Positions 12,632 through 25,386 are shown, counted from the stretch's first letter. The stretch: DNA of 64,000 nt from Mytilus californianus (GCF_021869535.1 NW_026262690.1:110608001-110672000); one strand, 5' to 3'. Program-made: numbers and translations. The notes: a model not told the origin generated them from the sequence alone.

Positions 12632-13547
12632 ATAACAGTTGATATTATGATTCAAAATTCATCACAAATATGACAAAATCAAGTTCTACATGGCAGTTGT
12701 TTTTCACTTGTTTAGTTGATTGATAGCGTTTTTAATTATGTCAGTTTTTATGGACTTCCCCTTTTTGAATTTGCCTTGCAGTCAGTATGTTTGTTATATT
12801 TTTTTATTACAGATGTTTACACTAGCTGTTTATAATTACATGGCGTTTTTCTGGGACTTAATAATTATCATTTTACCTCACGAATTAAACCATCACAACT
12901 TATTCATTTGATTGTGTACAAAGTGCATTAAAGTTGAGTTTATTGTCTGTAAGGTGGACCGTGAAATCGTTCACTGCTATCCAATATAAGGTACATAGAA
13001 ATCGAACGTATTTGTTTGGGTGAAGAAACTTTTTTTTTACATTAGAGTTGTCTATCTTTTATCAGAAAAGGTACTTTAACGGAAGGCAGCAATTCTTTGT
13101 TATATTAAAATGTTTTCTATTTTGTTTTTTCAATGACCAGAATGGTTTTAGATGGGTACAGTAGTTTTATGCCTTGTTTAATTTCCACATTTTAATCGTT
13201 CATTTTTTTTTTTAGAACTTTACATATTTAATAGGCCATGTACGCCTATTAAATATTAATAAATATTGTAACTATTGTTATTTTATTATTTTTCTACACA
13301 CTTATTTACATACACAATTTCCGTTTACCGTTCATTGAATCCTGCAATAACAATTACATGTATAAACAACAATATAATGATGACGTTTACATTTACATGA
13401 AAATAAAACAAAAAATACTAAACATACAACACTAAATGAACTTTAGAAAATTCAGTTTGACAACCAACGAGACAATACTTGACAGTGGTTGTCGTTGGTT
13501 GTTGTCGGTCCTTATTGATTTCTACGTTTAAATGTAGACGTTGATTT

Positions 13548-13822
13548 GTATGCCCCCACCGTAGGCAACTTTTTAATTAAATAAGTTTAATTCCGTCCGT
13601 CTTTCCGTCCTTCCGTTCGTCCCATTTTCGTTTCCGCAATCTAACTTAGGTTTGCCTCATGCAAATTTTATGAAACTCATACACAATGCTAAGAACCAAA
13701 AACTAGCAGACAGGGTTCGAATCTAGGCAGTGAGTCACTTACCTTTCTAGAGTTATGCCCATTTTAACTGGGAAAATTGTAAAGCTTGAACGGGGGCATT
13801 CGTGTCCTCAGACACATTCTTC
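13548..13822 (+). mobile_element. Short HINE-type element
   Basis: 5' tatgccccc and 3' gggggcatt subTIR, (CCGT)-like microsatellite, terminal hairpin gtgtc-ctca-gacac, T-rich flank. Confidence 0.7.
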
Positions 13823-14009
13823 TTTTATTTCTCTTAAATTATTGTTTCAAATTTTTTTATCATAGGGCCATTCATAACTTACTACAGTAACTACTTGGCT
13901 TTCAAATTTTTCGGTTTGATTGTAATCCAGAAAAGCGCTTCGGAGGCACCAACATTATAAGGTGTTACTTTCATTCACTATACGGTATCGGTTTTGATGA
14001 TTGTTGCAG

Positions 14010-14307
14010 TACGGAAGCCCATTTAGGACCTTCCAAAAATATAATTTGAATTCGAAATCACGAATTTAAATCGTTATCACGTATTGTATAATTTGTTATA
14101 ACAGATTAGATTTGTGATAAAGAATTGGTGGAAATCGTTATAACCGATTTTATAATTCGTAATTACGAATTAAATTCGTTATCACAATTTTTTGTAATTT
14201 GTGATAACGAATTAAAATCGTTATAACGAATTGTATAATTTAAAAATAGAAAATCGTAATTTCGAATTCAAATTATATTTTTGGAAGGTCCTGAAAGGGC
14301 TTCCGTA
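14010..14307. mobile_element. 298-bp foldback MITE with TAC...GTA termini and 7-bp flanking direct repeat GTTGCAG
   Basis: About 50-bp TIRs (TACGGAAGCCC...TTCCAAAAATATAATTTGAATTCGAAA); GTTGCAG at 14003-14009 and 14308-14314. Confidence 0.9.
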
Positions 14308-15904
14308 GTTGCAGACTGTACCATATTCTGTGTTTGTTTAGTTTGCATCCTTGTTCTTTGGTTTATGGGGAATGGTTGTCTCGTTAGCTATCATAACACA
14401 TCACCACATGTTTATATTGTTAGCAGTATAAAGGCATACTTTTATAGAAAAAAAATATCGCTAATGTAAACGGGATTCTTCAATGTTAAGCTGGTTCTCG
14501 GCTGACTACTACACTTTGTTCGAGTGTAGCGTAATACAAGCGGATTCCAGTTTACTTCAATGTTTGGCACGTTCTCCACAAGGACGCTATTGGTTACGGG
14601 TTCCGAAGATCTATAGTAACAATCAAAACAAATTACAATTAAAACAGAGTTGCCATGCATATGTTATCGTTTCCCTGTAAGTATTGCAAACGATGAAAGC
14701 AACAGACTAAATAGTTTTGTTAAAAGGAGTTAAAGATGTTTCTATGCGAACAAATACCATTTCTGATCGGATTTTAAACAACTTGGTATCTATTGAGGCA
14801 GAATTGTCACAGGCTTATTTGTTTATTATGTTATATTTTTGTTGTGTCGCGTTTTCATTTTCATGATGATATAAACACAAGTATTACTTTTTGTTCATAA
14901 ATTTGCTATATGTTTCAACCAAATTGAATTGTAAAAAATTATTATAGCTGTTCATATCAAGAGAAAACAAAAACGATTGATGATAAAACTATGACCAAAT
15001 AAACAAATATACATTACACAAATCTGGGTCTTTAACACCTGGTTTTTCAAATTCAACAATAAATGCCTTCAAAATAAAATGTATAGCAAAAAAAAAAAAA
15101 AAAAAAGAAAGGTGACGAATACTTTTGGCCATGCGCTATAGGTCAGAGACATTCAAGAAATTAATAATAAACGATTTTTGTTTGTTTGTCAAAAAGACCA
15201 CAACCCGACCAAAGAGCAGAAAACAGCCCAAGGCCACCAATGGGTCTTCAACACAGCGAGAAAATCCCGCACCCAGAGGCGGGCTTCAGCTGGCCCCTAA
15301 ACAAAGATGTGTACTAGTTCAGAGAAAATGGACGTCACACTAAACTCCGAAACATATAAATAAACCAAAAAAAAAAAAAAAGATTTTTTTCTGATAGAAG
15401 GTGATTTGATAGAAAGTTACTAAAACGATAGTCAAACTGAATTAGTAATTGATTTTATGCGATGTTTCCCGAAGAATTTTCAATTTTAAGCAATTGTAAC
15501 TGTCTTGGTTGACCAAGAGAATATTGGCACTTATGGTCAAGTAAACATTTGTATAGAAAGCACACAAAATTGGCGAATTGAAAATGGACTTCCATGATTT
15601 TAAGAACAAACTTAGAGTTGATCTTAAGTTTGTCTAAAAATTATCAAGTTGTCAATTTCAAATCCAATCTCTTAGGTAATTTTAAAGCAGTATTTTATTT
15701 ATTCAAATTGCATGGTTTCAGATAAACCCGTATAAGGGTAATTCCATGCATGTTTTTTCCCTCTGTTACTAGTTACATTGGTCTTGTTGAAATGTCGTCT
15801 GACAAATCCACAGGCGCTTGGCTACAAGATTTCGATATTGTAATTGTCTTTTTTTGCACTAAAATTTCCATTTCTACTTTTATATAATTTTCCACATATT
15901 TATC

Positions 15905-16435
15905 TAAAATATTATATAAAAATAAAAGTTATGTTGTATGATTGTTGGTATTCCGAGTCCAAATGACGTGGATATAAGCGTTTATAGGTCACTTTACGAC
16001 ATTTAACAAAGAGCAAAACACATTTCGCATAGTCAGCTATAAAAGGCATTGACATGACAAATTATGAAACAACTGAAACGAGAAGACCTACATTTTTTTT
16101 TTAAAATAATAAACCGAAAAACAAATATGACAAACAGTAACCAACGACAACCACTAAATAACAGGTTCCGGACTTATTCAGGTAATTACAGAATTGGACG
16201 GGGTTAAATATGTTTATAAGCGCTCACAACTCCCTAACCTGGGACAGAATTGTAACCGCACAACATAAGAACAGACTGTAAAATCAGTTGGAAATGGCTT
16301 CACTCATCAGATTGACACGAAGCACAAAACAACTAATATAAATACTAAAAGACAAAAAGTACCGATCTACGAGAACTCGCAGTTATAGAAAGTTAGTTCA
16401 AAGCCATAAAAAAATAATAAATAAATCATGTTCTT
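15905..16435 (-). repeat. Long copy of the dominant dispersed repeat family (family A)
   Basis: Shares motifs (ggagcctg..ttcagtggttgtcgtt; gttgaaggccgtac..tgacctata; gagttgtctcattggc..tcataccacatcttc; gcgagtactctcagatc) with partial copies at about 4245-4480, 15170-15365, 19706-19895, 21555-21800, 21853-21911, 25945-26262, 33150-33830, 40385-40695, 40815-40900, 41985-42480, 44395-44465, 49770-50000 and 53935-54020. Confidence 0.75.
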
Positions 16436-16746
16436 TCAGACCTTGTGTTGAGTGAATTTATAACTCTGATTCAATCCCTCATCTTACTATCCAGACTAAT
16501 ATACATGTGACAAAATCGACTTGTATTTTAAATTAAACTTTCTAAGAATGGTTATAACCATGTTCGCAGAAAATTGATAAAAAAAATTAATTTCCCTCAA
16601 TTATCTATATGTGGGCTGGCTCACAATTATGTTAAGACTGTTTTATACCAAGTCAGGAATATGACAGTTGTTTTCCAGTCGTTTGATGTGTTTGAGTTTT
16701 TGATTTTTTTAATTTTCCTTTGAGTTCGGTATTTTTGTTATTTTAC

Positions 16747-16798
16747 TTTTTATACGACCGCAAAAAAATTTTTGTGATCGTATATTGGTATGACGTTG

Positions 16799-16836
<38 letters not shown>

Positions 16837-19022
16837 CGGCGTCGTCCGAAGACACATTGGTTTTCGCACTCTAACTTTAGTTTAAGTGAATGGATCTCTA
16901 TGAAATTTTACAACAAGGTTCAATACCACAAAAGGAAGGTTGGGATTGATTTTGGGGGTTATGGTACCAACAGTAAAGGAATTAGGGGCCAAAAATAAGC
17001 ATTTTTGTAACTTCCAGACATAACTTGTGTGTTAGTGTATGGATCTCTCTGACATTGTACCACAAGGTTCCATATCACAAAAGGAATGCTGGGATTGATT
17101 TTGGGGGTAATTGCCTCAAAATTTTAGGAGTTAGGGGCCAAAAAAGGGGCAAAAAACAAGCATTTTTCTAGTTTCATGACAATAACTTGTGTGTAAGTGT
17201 ATGGATCTTTCTGAAATTGTACTACAAGGTTCCATATCACAAAGGGAAAGCTGGATGAGTTTGGGGGTAATTGCCGAAACGTTTAGGAATTGGGGGCCAA
17301 AAAGGGGCCAAAAATAAGCATTTTTTCTAGTTTCCAGACAATAACTTGTGTTCAAGTGTATGGATCTCTCTGAAATTGTACTGCAAGGTACCATACCACA
17401 AAGGGAAGGCTGGGATTGATGATGGGGGTAATTGTCTCAATATTTTAGGAATAAGGGGCCAAAAAGGGGCAAAAAACAAGCATTTTTCTAGTTTCAGGAC
17501 GATAACTTGTGTGTAAGTGTATGGATCTTTCTGAAATTGTACTACAAGGTTCCATATCACAAAGGGAAAGCTGGGTTTGAGTTTGGGGGTAATTGCCCTA
17601 AACGTTTAGGAATTTGGGGCCAAAAAGGCGCCAAAAAACAAGCATTTTTCTAGTTTCCAGACAATAACTTGTGTTCAAGTGTATGGATCTCTCTGAAATT
17701 GTACTGCAAGGTACCATACCACAAAGGGAAGGCTGGGATTGAGTTTGGGGGTGATGAATCATAAGGGGATTTCTGGGGGGGGGGGGGGGGGGGGGGTTTC
17801 CTTTTTTTTCTTTTTTTTTTCTTTTTTTTTTCTTTTAAAATTTTCCATTTTAAGTTGGTTGTTTCTGATTTATATTTAAAAGCAAATAATAATGATATGG
17901 TAGGAGAAACACACCAAACAGGATGTGTAAATTATTATATAATAAGTATTGTGCAATAGCAAGAAATTTTCAATTGCACAGTATTGCACAATAGCAAGAA
18001 ATCTTCAATTGCACAGTATTGCGCAATAGCAAGAAATCTTCAATTGCACAGTATTGCGCAATAGCAAGAAATATCCAATAGCACAATATTGCGCAATAGC
18101 AAGAAATTGTCAATTGTACAGTATTGCGCAATAGCAAGAAATATTTAATTGCACAGTATTGTGCAAAAGAAGATACTTCGTATAAATTTCTTATTTCTTG
18201 ACCAATTTCAATGGGGTTTTATTCTTGAATTCTTGGGGTTCTTTAATATGCTGAATCTAACAGTGTATTTAGTTTTTGGATTTTGGGCCCCGTTTTTAAA
18301 TTGGTCCACATTGAGGTCAAAAGGGTCCAAAATTAAACTTTGTTTGATTTCATCAAAAATTGAATTATTGGGGTTCTTTGATATGCCGAATCTAACCGTG
18401 TATTTAGATTCTTAATTTTTGGTTCCATTTTCAAATTGGTCTACATTAAGGTCCAAAGGGTCCAAAATTAAACTTAGTTTGATTTTAACAAAAATGAATT
18501 CTTAGAGTTCTTTGATATGCTGAATCTAAACATGTATTTAGATTTTTGATTATGGGCCCAGTTTTCAAGTTGGTCCAAATCGGGGTCCAAAATTAAAATT
18601 TGTTTGATTTCAACAAAAATTGAATATATGGGGTTCTTTGATATGCTGAATCTAACCATGTATTTAGATTTTTGATTTTTGGGCCCCGTTATCAACTTTG
18701 TCCACATTGAGGTCAAAAGGGTCCAAAATTAAACTTTGTTTGATTTCATCAAAAATTGAATTCTTGGGGTTCTTTGATATGCTTAATCTAACCATGTATT
18801 TAGATTTTGGATATTGGACCATAATAGGTGAATGTCCAATTTAAAATTTTTAAGTTCTTAGACCACATTCATTCTGTGTTAGAAACCTATGCTGTGTCAA
18901 ATATTTAATCACAATCCAAATGCAAAGCTGTATCAAGCTTGAATGTTGTGTCCATACTTGCCCCAACTGTTCAGGGTTCGACCTCTGCGGTCGTATCAAG
19001 CTGCGCCCTGCGGAGCATTTTA
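16747..19022 (+). mobile_element. Large HINE/Helentron-associated (DINE/pearl-like) non-autonomous element
   Basis: T-rich ends; 5' TATACGACCGCA and 3' TGCGGTCGTAT subterminal inverted repeat; (GTC)n microsatellite at 16800-16836; internal ~160-bp, 35-bp and ~130-bp tandem blocks; GC-rich terminal motif then T run. Confidence 0.8.
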
Positions 19023-19084
19023 TTATAAAAGTAATAAATCGAATAATCTTTTGATTTCAAAACTCCAAAAAAATTCGGAACCGT

Positions 19085-19665
19085 AAGATTTAGTTTTTTC
19101 CTTGATCCGTCCGTCCGTCTGTCCGTCTGTCTGTGGATCCGAAACAGTGAAATGCTTTCCGGATAAAATTTTGCGTTTTCCTTGCTGAATTGAAACGAAA
19201 CTTATAGCATTTCAAGATATGGGGACGGAGAAGAAACCTAATTATTTTTGGGCCAATAGGTCAAAGTCCAAGGTTGCTGTTACTGAAATTATTTTTAAAC
19301 AAATGATATCCGAATGAAATCTTGTGTTTCCTTCGTGTAATTGGAATGCAACTTATACCGATAGAAAATATAGAAAACGGAAAGAGGGATTTTGAATTTT
19401 GGGTCAATTGATCAAATTTTAAGGTTGCTGTTCATACACTAGAAATGTTTTTAAAAAAAAATGGTTTCCGGATGCTTACTTTAGTTTTCTTTTTTGATCT
19501 AAACAGAAACTTGTATAGATGGACTCTTAAGAGTATAGACTGAAACTATAAAATATAAGATGAATTTGTTGTTTCCAACAACATACACAAGTTATAGATA
19601 GTCGAAAAGGGACAAAGACAATAGAGTTTGAGGTCAATAGGTCAAGGTTAACTTTTTTGTTGAGG
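19085..19665 (+). mobile_element. HINE-type fragment with (CCGT/CTGT)n microsatellite
   Basis: Microsatellite at 19107-19133 followed by degenerate ggtcaa-containing core repeats. Confidence 0.5.
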
Positions 19666-20329
19666 TCACAATCGCAATTATACACACCTATTTAGTCTTA
19701 GAAGCATGATTTTTTTTATGAGTTGTTATTTGGTTTGAACTAGCTGTCAGTAACTGCGAGTACTCTCAGATCTGTACTTAGTTTTTGTTGTTGTGGGGAT
19801 GTATAAGTACCCTGCCACGTCCACTCTGTGTTTTTGTTAGATGTGATTCTATTTGTATCCATCTGATGAGTTAAGTCTTTTTCAACAGATATATTAATGA
19901 AGGACGACATGGGTTCATATCACCAGGTAACTTTCCGTAAATATGTTTGTTACGGTATTATTTAGTATTGTTTTACTTGTACTAATATTTTGTTCTATTC
20001 TTTACCTGTTTAGTGCTTCTTACTCAATTGTTCTTGCACGTTCGTCTATGTACCTCTTGTTTTCTTCTCAATCATACAAGTATTATTGAGTGAAGTGCTT
20101 TTTAATTGATTATTATTTACCTCTATTTTTGATTTCTCCATAATACCAGCAGTATTGAGTTTAGTGCTTTTCAATTGATTTTAAATTCTTCTATGTACCT
20201 CTTGGTTTTTTTTATCCGTGATATCTGTATTATTGAGTTAAGTGCATTTTATTCACTTCCGTGTAACTTTTGTTGTGTTCTCCATTATTGTAACATGTCT
20301 AAAGGCGTTTAGAACTTGAGATTAACACT

Positions 20330-21445
20330 TGTCTATGCATGGATGATTTAGAGCTTTACAGTATTACTTGTCTACGAGCGATTGAGAGCTTTACAGTATT
20401 ACTTGTCTGTGGGCGATTTAGAGATTTACAGTATTACTTGTTTATGAGCGATTGAGAGCTTTACAGTATTACTTGTCTATGGGCGATTTAGGGCTTTACA
20501 GTATTACTTGTCTATGGTCGATTTAGAACTTTACAGTATTACTTGTTTATGGGCGATTTAGAGCTTTACAGTATTACTTGTTTATGGGCGATTTAGAGCT
20601 TTACAGTATTACTTGTCTATGGGCGATTTAGAGCTTTACAGTATTACTTGTCTATGGGCGATTTAGAGCTTTACAGTATTACTTGTTTATGGGCGTTTTA
20701 GAGCTTTACAGTATTATACTTGTCTATGGGCGATTTACAGTATTACTTGTCTACGAGCGATTGAGAGCTTTACAGTATTACTTGTCTATGGGCGATTGAG
20801 AGCTTTACAGTATTACTTGTCTATGGGCGATTTAGAGCTTTACAGTATTACTAATCTATGGGCGATTTAGAGCTTTACAGTAAAACCTTTGGGTAATTTA
20901 GAGCCTATCTATGGGTGATTTCGAGGTTGAAAGTAACACTCGTCTATGAATGATTAAAAAATTGACCGAAACACTTGTCTATGGGCGATTTAGGGATGGA
21001 AAGTAAAAACACTTGTCTATGGGTGATTTAGGGATTGAAAGTAAAAACACTTGTCTATGGGCGATTTAGGGATGGAAAGTAAAAACACTTGTCTATGGGC
21101 GATTTAGGGATTCAAAGTAAAAACACTTGTCTATGGGTGATTTAGAACTTGACAGTAACACTTGTCTATGGGTGATTTAGAACTTGACAGTAACACTTGT
21201 CTATGGGTTATTTAGAACTTGACAGTAACACTTGCCTATGGGTGATTTAGAACTTGACAGTAACAATTGTCTATGGGTGATTTAGAACTTCATAGTAACA
21301 CTTGTCTATGGGTGATTTAGAACTTGACAGTAACACTTGTCTATGGGCGATTTGGAACTTGACAGTAACACTTGTCTATGGGTTATTTAGAACTTGACAG
21401 TAACACTTGTCTATGGGTAATTTAGAACTTGACAGTAACACAGGT
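20330..21445 (+). repeat. 34-38-bp satellite in three variant blocks sharing cttgtctatgggYgatttag
   Basis: 35-bp units to about 20880, 38-bp units about 20975-21125, 34-bp units to about 21445. Confidence 0.92.
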
Positions 21446-22339
21446 CTATTGTTTTAGACCGTATGTTTACCTGTAGATGTCTTTAATATTATTGTCATCC
21501 TGTTGTTGTTGTTTTGCGGTCTCATTTACGTATAGCAAAACTCTCCTGTTATTCAATAGATATAGGAAGATGTGGTATGAGTGCCAATGAGGCAACTCTC
21601 CATCCAAGTTACAATTTATAAAAGTAAACCATTATAGGTCAAGGTACGGCCTTCAACACGGAGCATTGGCTCACACCGAACAGCAAGCTATAAAGGGCCC
21701 CAAAAAATTACTAGTGTAAAACCATTCAAACGGAAAAACCAACGGTCTAATCTATATAAAAACGAGAAACGAGAAACACGTATGAACTTCAAGCATGCAA
21801 ACCGTCTGGAAACCAACTAATAAATTCCAAAAAAAAAACACGACATATAGCCAATTGTAACTTGGATGGAGAGTTGTCTCATTGGCACTCATACCACATC
21901 TTCTTATATCTAATAACAAACAGGTCAGTCAGAATACTGATGATAAGCAGAAATAACACTAGTCTGTGTAAGTGAAACCCGCGCCCACTCATTGGCTAGA
22001 AACGATTAGTACTACTTCTTACTTCGATTGATTTACCTAAACAATCCATGTAAACAACGCACTTTTTCCCCTCAGTTTCTGCAGCTAGTGGAACATTTGA
22101 GAATAATATTTTTCTTACTCGTAAAGTTGACCCCGAACAAAAGCATATGTTTTAGACAATTACATTACAGTTCCGCCAGTTTTGTTTTATGGGTACGAGG
22201 GCAAAAACAAAACAAACATTGGGATGGTATTGTATATATATATGCAATACAATGTCCTCAACTGGAGGGAAATGAGGTTCATGATTCTTCACTTATATGA
22301 AGACAACCAGGAGTTCAGTTGAATTTTCAATTGAAAATA

Positions 22340-24570
22340 ACGATGCATTTTTAAACGCCCCTTTTTAATACTTTATTTTCTTTTATTTTCTTGTTAGTTC
22401 CTGGTTCTTAGAGGTGAAATAACCCTATTAGCATGTGTGTGCCGTTTCTGCGCTCGACTGATAACCTGTTACTTGTTCGTTCCTTATTCGCTTTTTAAAC
22501 GTTGCCACTTTTTAATGATTTGTTTTTATTCCTTAGTATGTCTCTGGTGTAAGTTCCGGTTCGGATGAGTTCAAATTATCCCGTTAGCACATATGTCCCC
22601 GTCTCCGCGCTCGATTGATACCCTGTAACGTTTTCGCTTCTTTATTTGTTCCTTATTAGATGTTTTTACGTTGCACCTTTTTATGCTTTATTTTATTTTA
22701 TTTTCTTGTCTTTGGTGTTAGTTCCTTGTTTGAAGAGGAGAAATAACCCCATTAGCGTATGTGTATCCGTTTCTGCGCTCGACTGATACCCTGTAACATA
22801 TTCGTTCCTTATTCGCTTTTTTATACGTTGCCCCTTTTTAGTGATATCAAATAAGTAGCGAATAAGTAACAGGATATCAGTCGAGCGTAGAAACGTGTAC
22901 ACACGCGCTGACAAGGTAAATTAACCTCTTTGAACAAAGAACTAACACCAGAGACAAGAAAATAAAAGAAAATAAAGCATTAAATGTGTTACGTATGAAA
23001 TTCGAATAAGGAACAAATAAGTAACGAATAAGTAATAGGGTATCAATCGAGCGCAGAAACTGGTACATATGCGCTAACGGGGTAATTTTAACTCCACGAA
23101 ACCATAATTAATTACAGAGATATGAAAAGAAATAAAAAGAAATCAATAGAAAGGGGGAACGTATAAAAAGTGAATAAGGAACGAATTAGTAACAGGGTAT
23201 CAGTCGAACGCAGAGAGGGGACAAATGCGCTAACGGTGTAATTTCAACTCCCCGAAAACACAACTAACATCAGAGACATGAAAATAAATAAAAAGAATTC
23301 ATTAAAAATTTGGATTAATCAGTCGAGCGCAGAAACAGGTACATACGCGATAATAGGGTAGTTTTAGCTCTACGAACCAAGAACTAACACCAGAGACAAG
23401 AATATAAAGCATTAAAAAGGTGCAACGTATAGAATAGAATAGAATAGAATAGAATATTTATTATTCCAATCAAGGGCCCTTGATGGGCAGCATAACATGT
23501 ACACATAAAACAATACATCATGATTTGTAACAGAAAAACATTTTTATATATTAAAATGAAACATTAAAAAGTTCAGACAGATGTTATTATCTTCATTCTA
23601 TAAAAAATCACATACATTTAATTCCAGGCAGGATGAGAACTATAAAATCATTACAATTATCATTGTTATTACATACATTAATTAACATTTCGTCTAACAT
23701 CTAGACATGTAATAATATAGCTCCCTAAATATTTAAGTATAGACAAATTTTCATTAGTAAATAACCAAACAAATTTTGCCTCATTTGAAAGATATATAAA
23801 ATTGGGACAGATACAGTTTATCTCCTTGAAAAATATCTCCCTATCATTATTGTATGCTGGACAACTAGTAATAAAATGTTGTTCATCTTCAACCAGATTT
23901 AGAGTACATTTCTTACAAAGCCTTTACTCTCTTTCTATATATAAAGTTTTATACCTTATAAAAATCGAATAAGGAACAAATAAATAGAGAATAAGTAACA
24001 GGGTACCAGTCGAGCGCGGAGCAAGGACATATGCGTTAATAGGGTAATTTCAACTCTCTGAACATAAAGTTAACACCAGAGACAAGAAAAGAAAAGAAAA
24101 GAAAACACGTATTAAAAAAGCGAATTAATAAGGAACGAATAAGTAGCGAATAAGTATTAGGGTTTCAGTCGAGCGCGGAAACGGGTACATACACGCTGAC
24201 AGGGTAATTTCACATCTACGAACCAACAACTTACATCAGAAAAAAGAAATGAAAAGAAATCATTCAAAGGGAGCAACATATTTAAAGCGAATAAGGAACG
24301 ATTAAGTAGCGAATAAGAAACAGGGTATCAGTTGAGCGCGGAAACGGGTACATACACGCTAACAGGGCAATTTTACCTCCTCGAACCAATATCTTACACC
24401 ATGCAGAGTCGAGAAAATAAAAGAAAGCATTAAAAGAGGACAACATATTAAAAGCGAATAAGGAACGAATAAGGAATAAGGATAAGTAACGAATAAGAAA
24501 TAAATAACGAATGGGTAACGAATAAGGAATAAGTAACAAATAGATAACGAATAAGGAATAAGTAACCAAA
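22340..24570. repeat. ~160-bp satellite with an orientation switch at about 22845
   Basis: GCGCTCGA at 22450, 22607 and 22775; TCGAGCG-type at 22881, 23047, 23204, 23323, 24010, 24169 and 24332; ends in aataagtaacg micro-repeats. Confidence 0.9.
23430..23956 (-). mobile_element. LINE 3' fragment inserted in the satellite array
   Basis: Minus strand reads RLCKKCTLNLVEDEQHFITSCPAY...KFVWLFTNENLSILKYLGSYIITCLDVR, homologous to the 56.6 kb ORF; (TAGAA)n tail at 23430-23456. Confidence 0.85.
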
Positions 24571-25289
24571 TTGACGACCCTTAAATATATCCATTTACTT
24601 ATATTTTTGAGACCAATTAAATCTGTCAATTACCTTGCATACAATTGTGTCTTCAGCTTAAACCAGTGCTTTTTATTATATTCCGATCTGCATTTTTTCC
24701 AACCAACCACCAAAAAGGTTGATTTGCTTTCCGGGTGGCATAAAAAAAAACCACAGTGTCTAGTCAAAGAAAAATAAATAGTTTCCCATGGGGAAAGTTT
24801 CTCCGACAGTATACTATATTGATTTTATTTCGTAACGACAAAGGAGATATGTCAATATATTAGTACATATATATCATACGAACTTGACCGTTAATTGAAC
24901 CTAGGTATAAAGACAGGTTGACCCATATATATTAATTAATCAATATTGTATGACTTACATTATTGCATTTTTACATCTTTCTGTGTTGCTGATTGCAAGC
25001 ACCCACAGTCCAAACTTATAACTACAATTCTAAAATGGTTTTACTTAGTATCAGATCCACAAAACCGAACTAAATATGAGAAATGGAAATATAATGATTT
25101 CCCCTTTATATACCTCAGTGACCAGGTCATAATGACAAACCTTCGTCCTCAAATAAACCGAGGATTAGCACTTAATACTCAGAATAAATATATCATTTAT
25201 GGACATGTCCTATCGTCGTACTACTTGTATTTTTGAGCTTGAGAAAACAAGAAATTGGCAATAAAAAAAGCGTTTATGTTTATATGTTA

Positions 25290-25386
25290 GATAGACAGTG
25301 TTGTTTCCAAAAGGTCACGTTGGGTCAAGTTGTCAGACTGACCACAGGTATATACTGGTCAGACATAGCCTAAACAGAAGGTAAGT
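25290..25386 (+). other. Candidate non-coding first exon / strong orphan 5' splice site
   Basis: GAAG|GTAAGT full consensus donor followed by T-rich intron-like DNA; start coordinate approximate. Confidence 0.3.
25312..25327 (+). promoter_or_regulatory. DR4 nuclear-receptor element AGGTCA-cgtt-GGGTCA
   Basis: Exact motif in non-repetitive-looking DNA, about 55 bp upstream of a consensus donor GAAG|GTAAGT at 25380/25381. Confidence 0.5.

Noticed and set aside
17775-17796. Poly-G tract as a G-quadruplex regulator
   Set aside because: Homopolymer inside a transposon with unreliable length and no functional context.
19631-19644. DR2 AGGTCA-at-AGGTCA and other ggtcaaggt motifs (6683, 18314, 26586)
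   Set aside because: They lie inside HINE or MITE sequence where such motifs are part of the repeat; not counted as regulatory, but they raise the background for the DR finding.
19863-19895. CTGATGAG motifs in family A (also minus strand near 16313) as hammerheads
   Set aside because: No stem II followed by GAAA and no NUH site in the proper geometry.
20330-21445. CRISPR-like appearance of the ~35-bp arrays (also 27085-27395, 48995-49700, 50772-51109)
   Set aside because: Units are contiguous with no unique spacers, there are no cas genes, and the context is eukaryotic.
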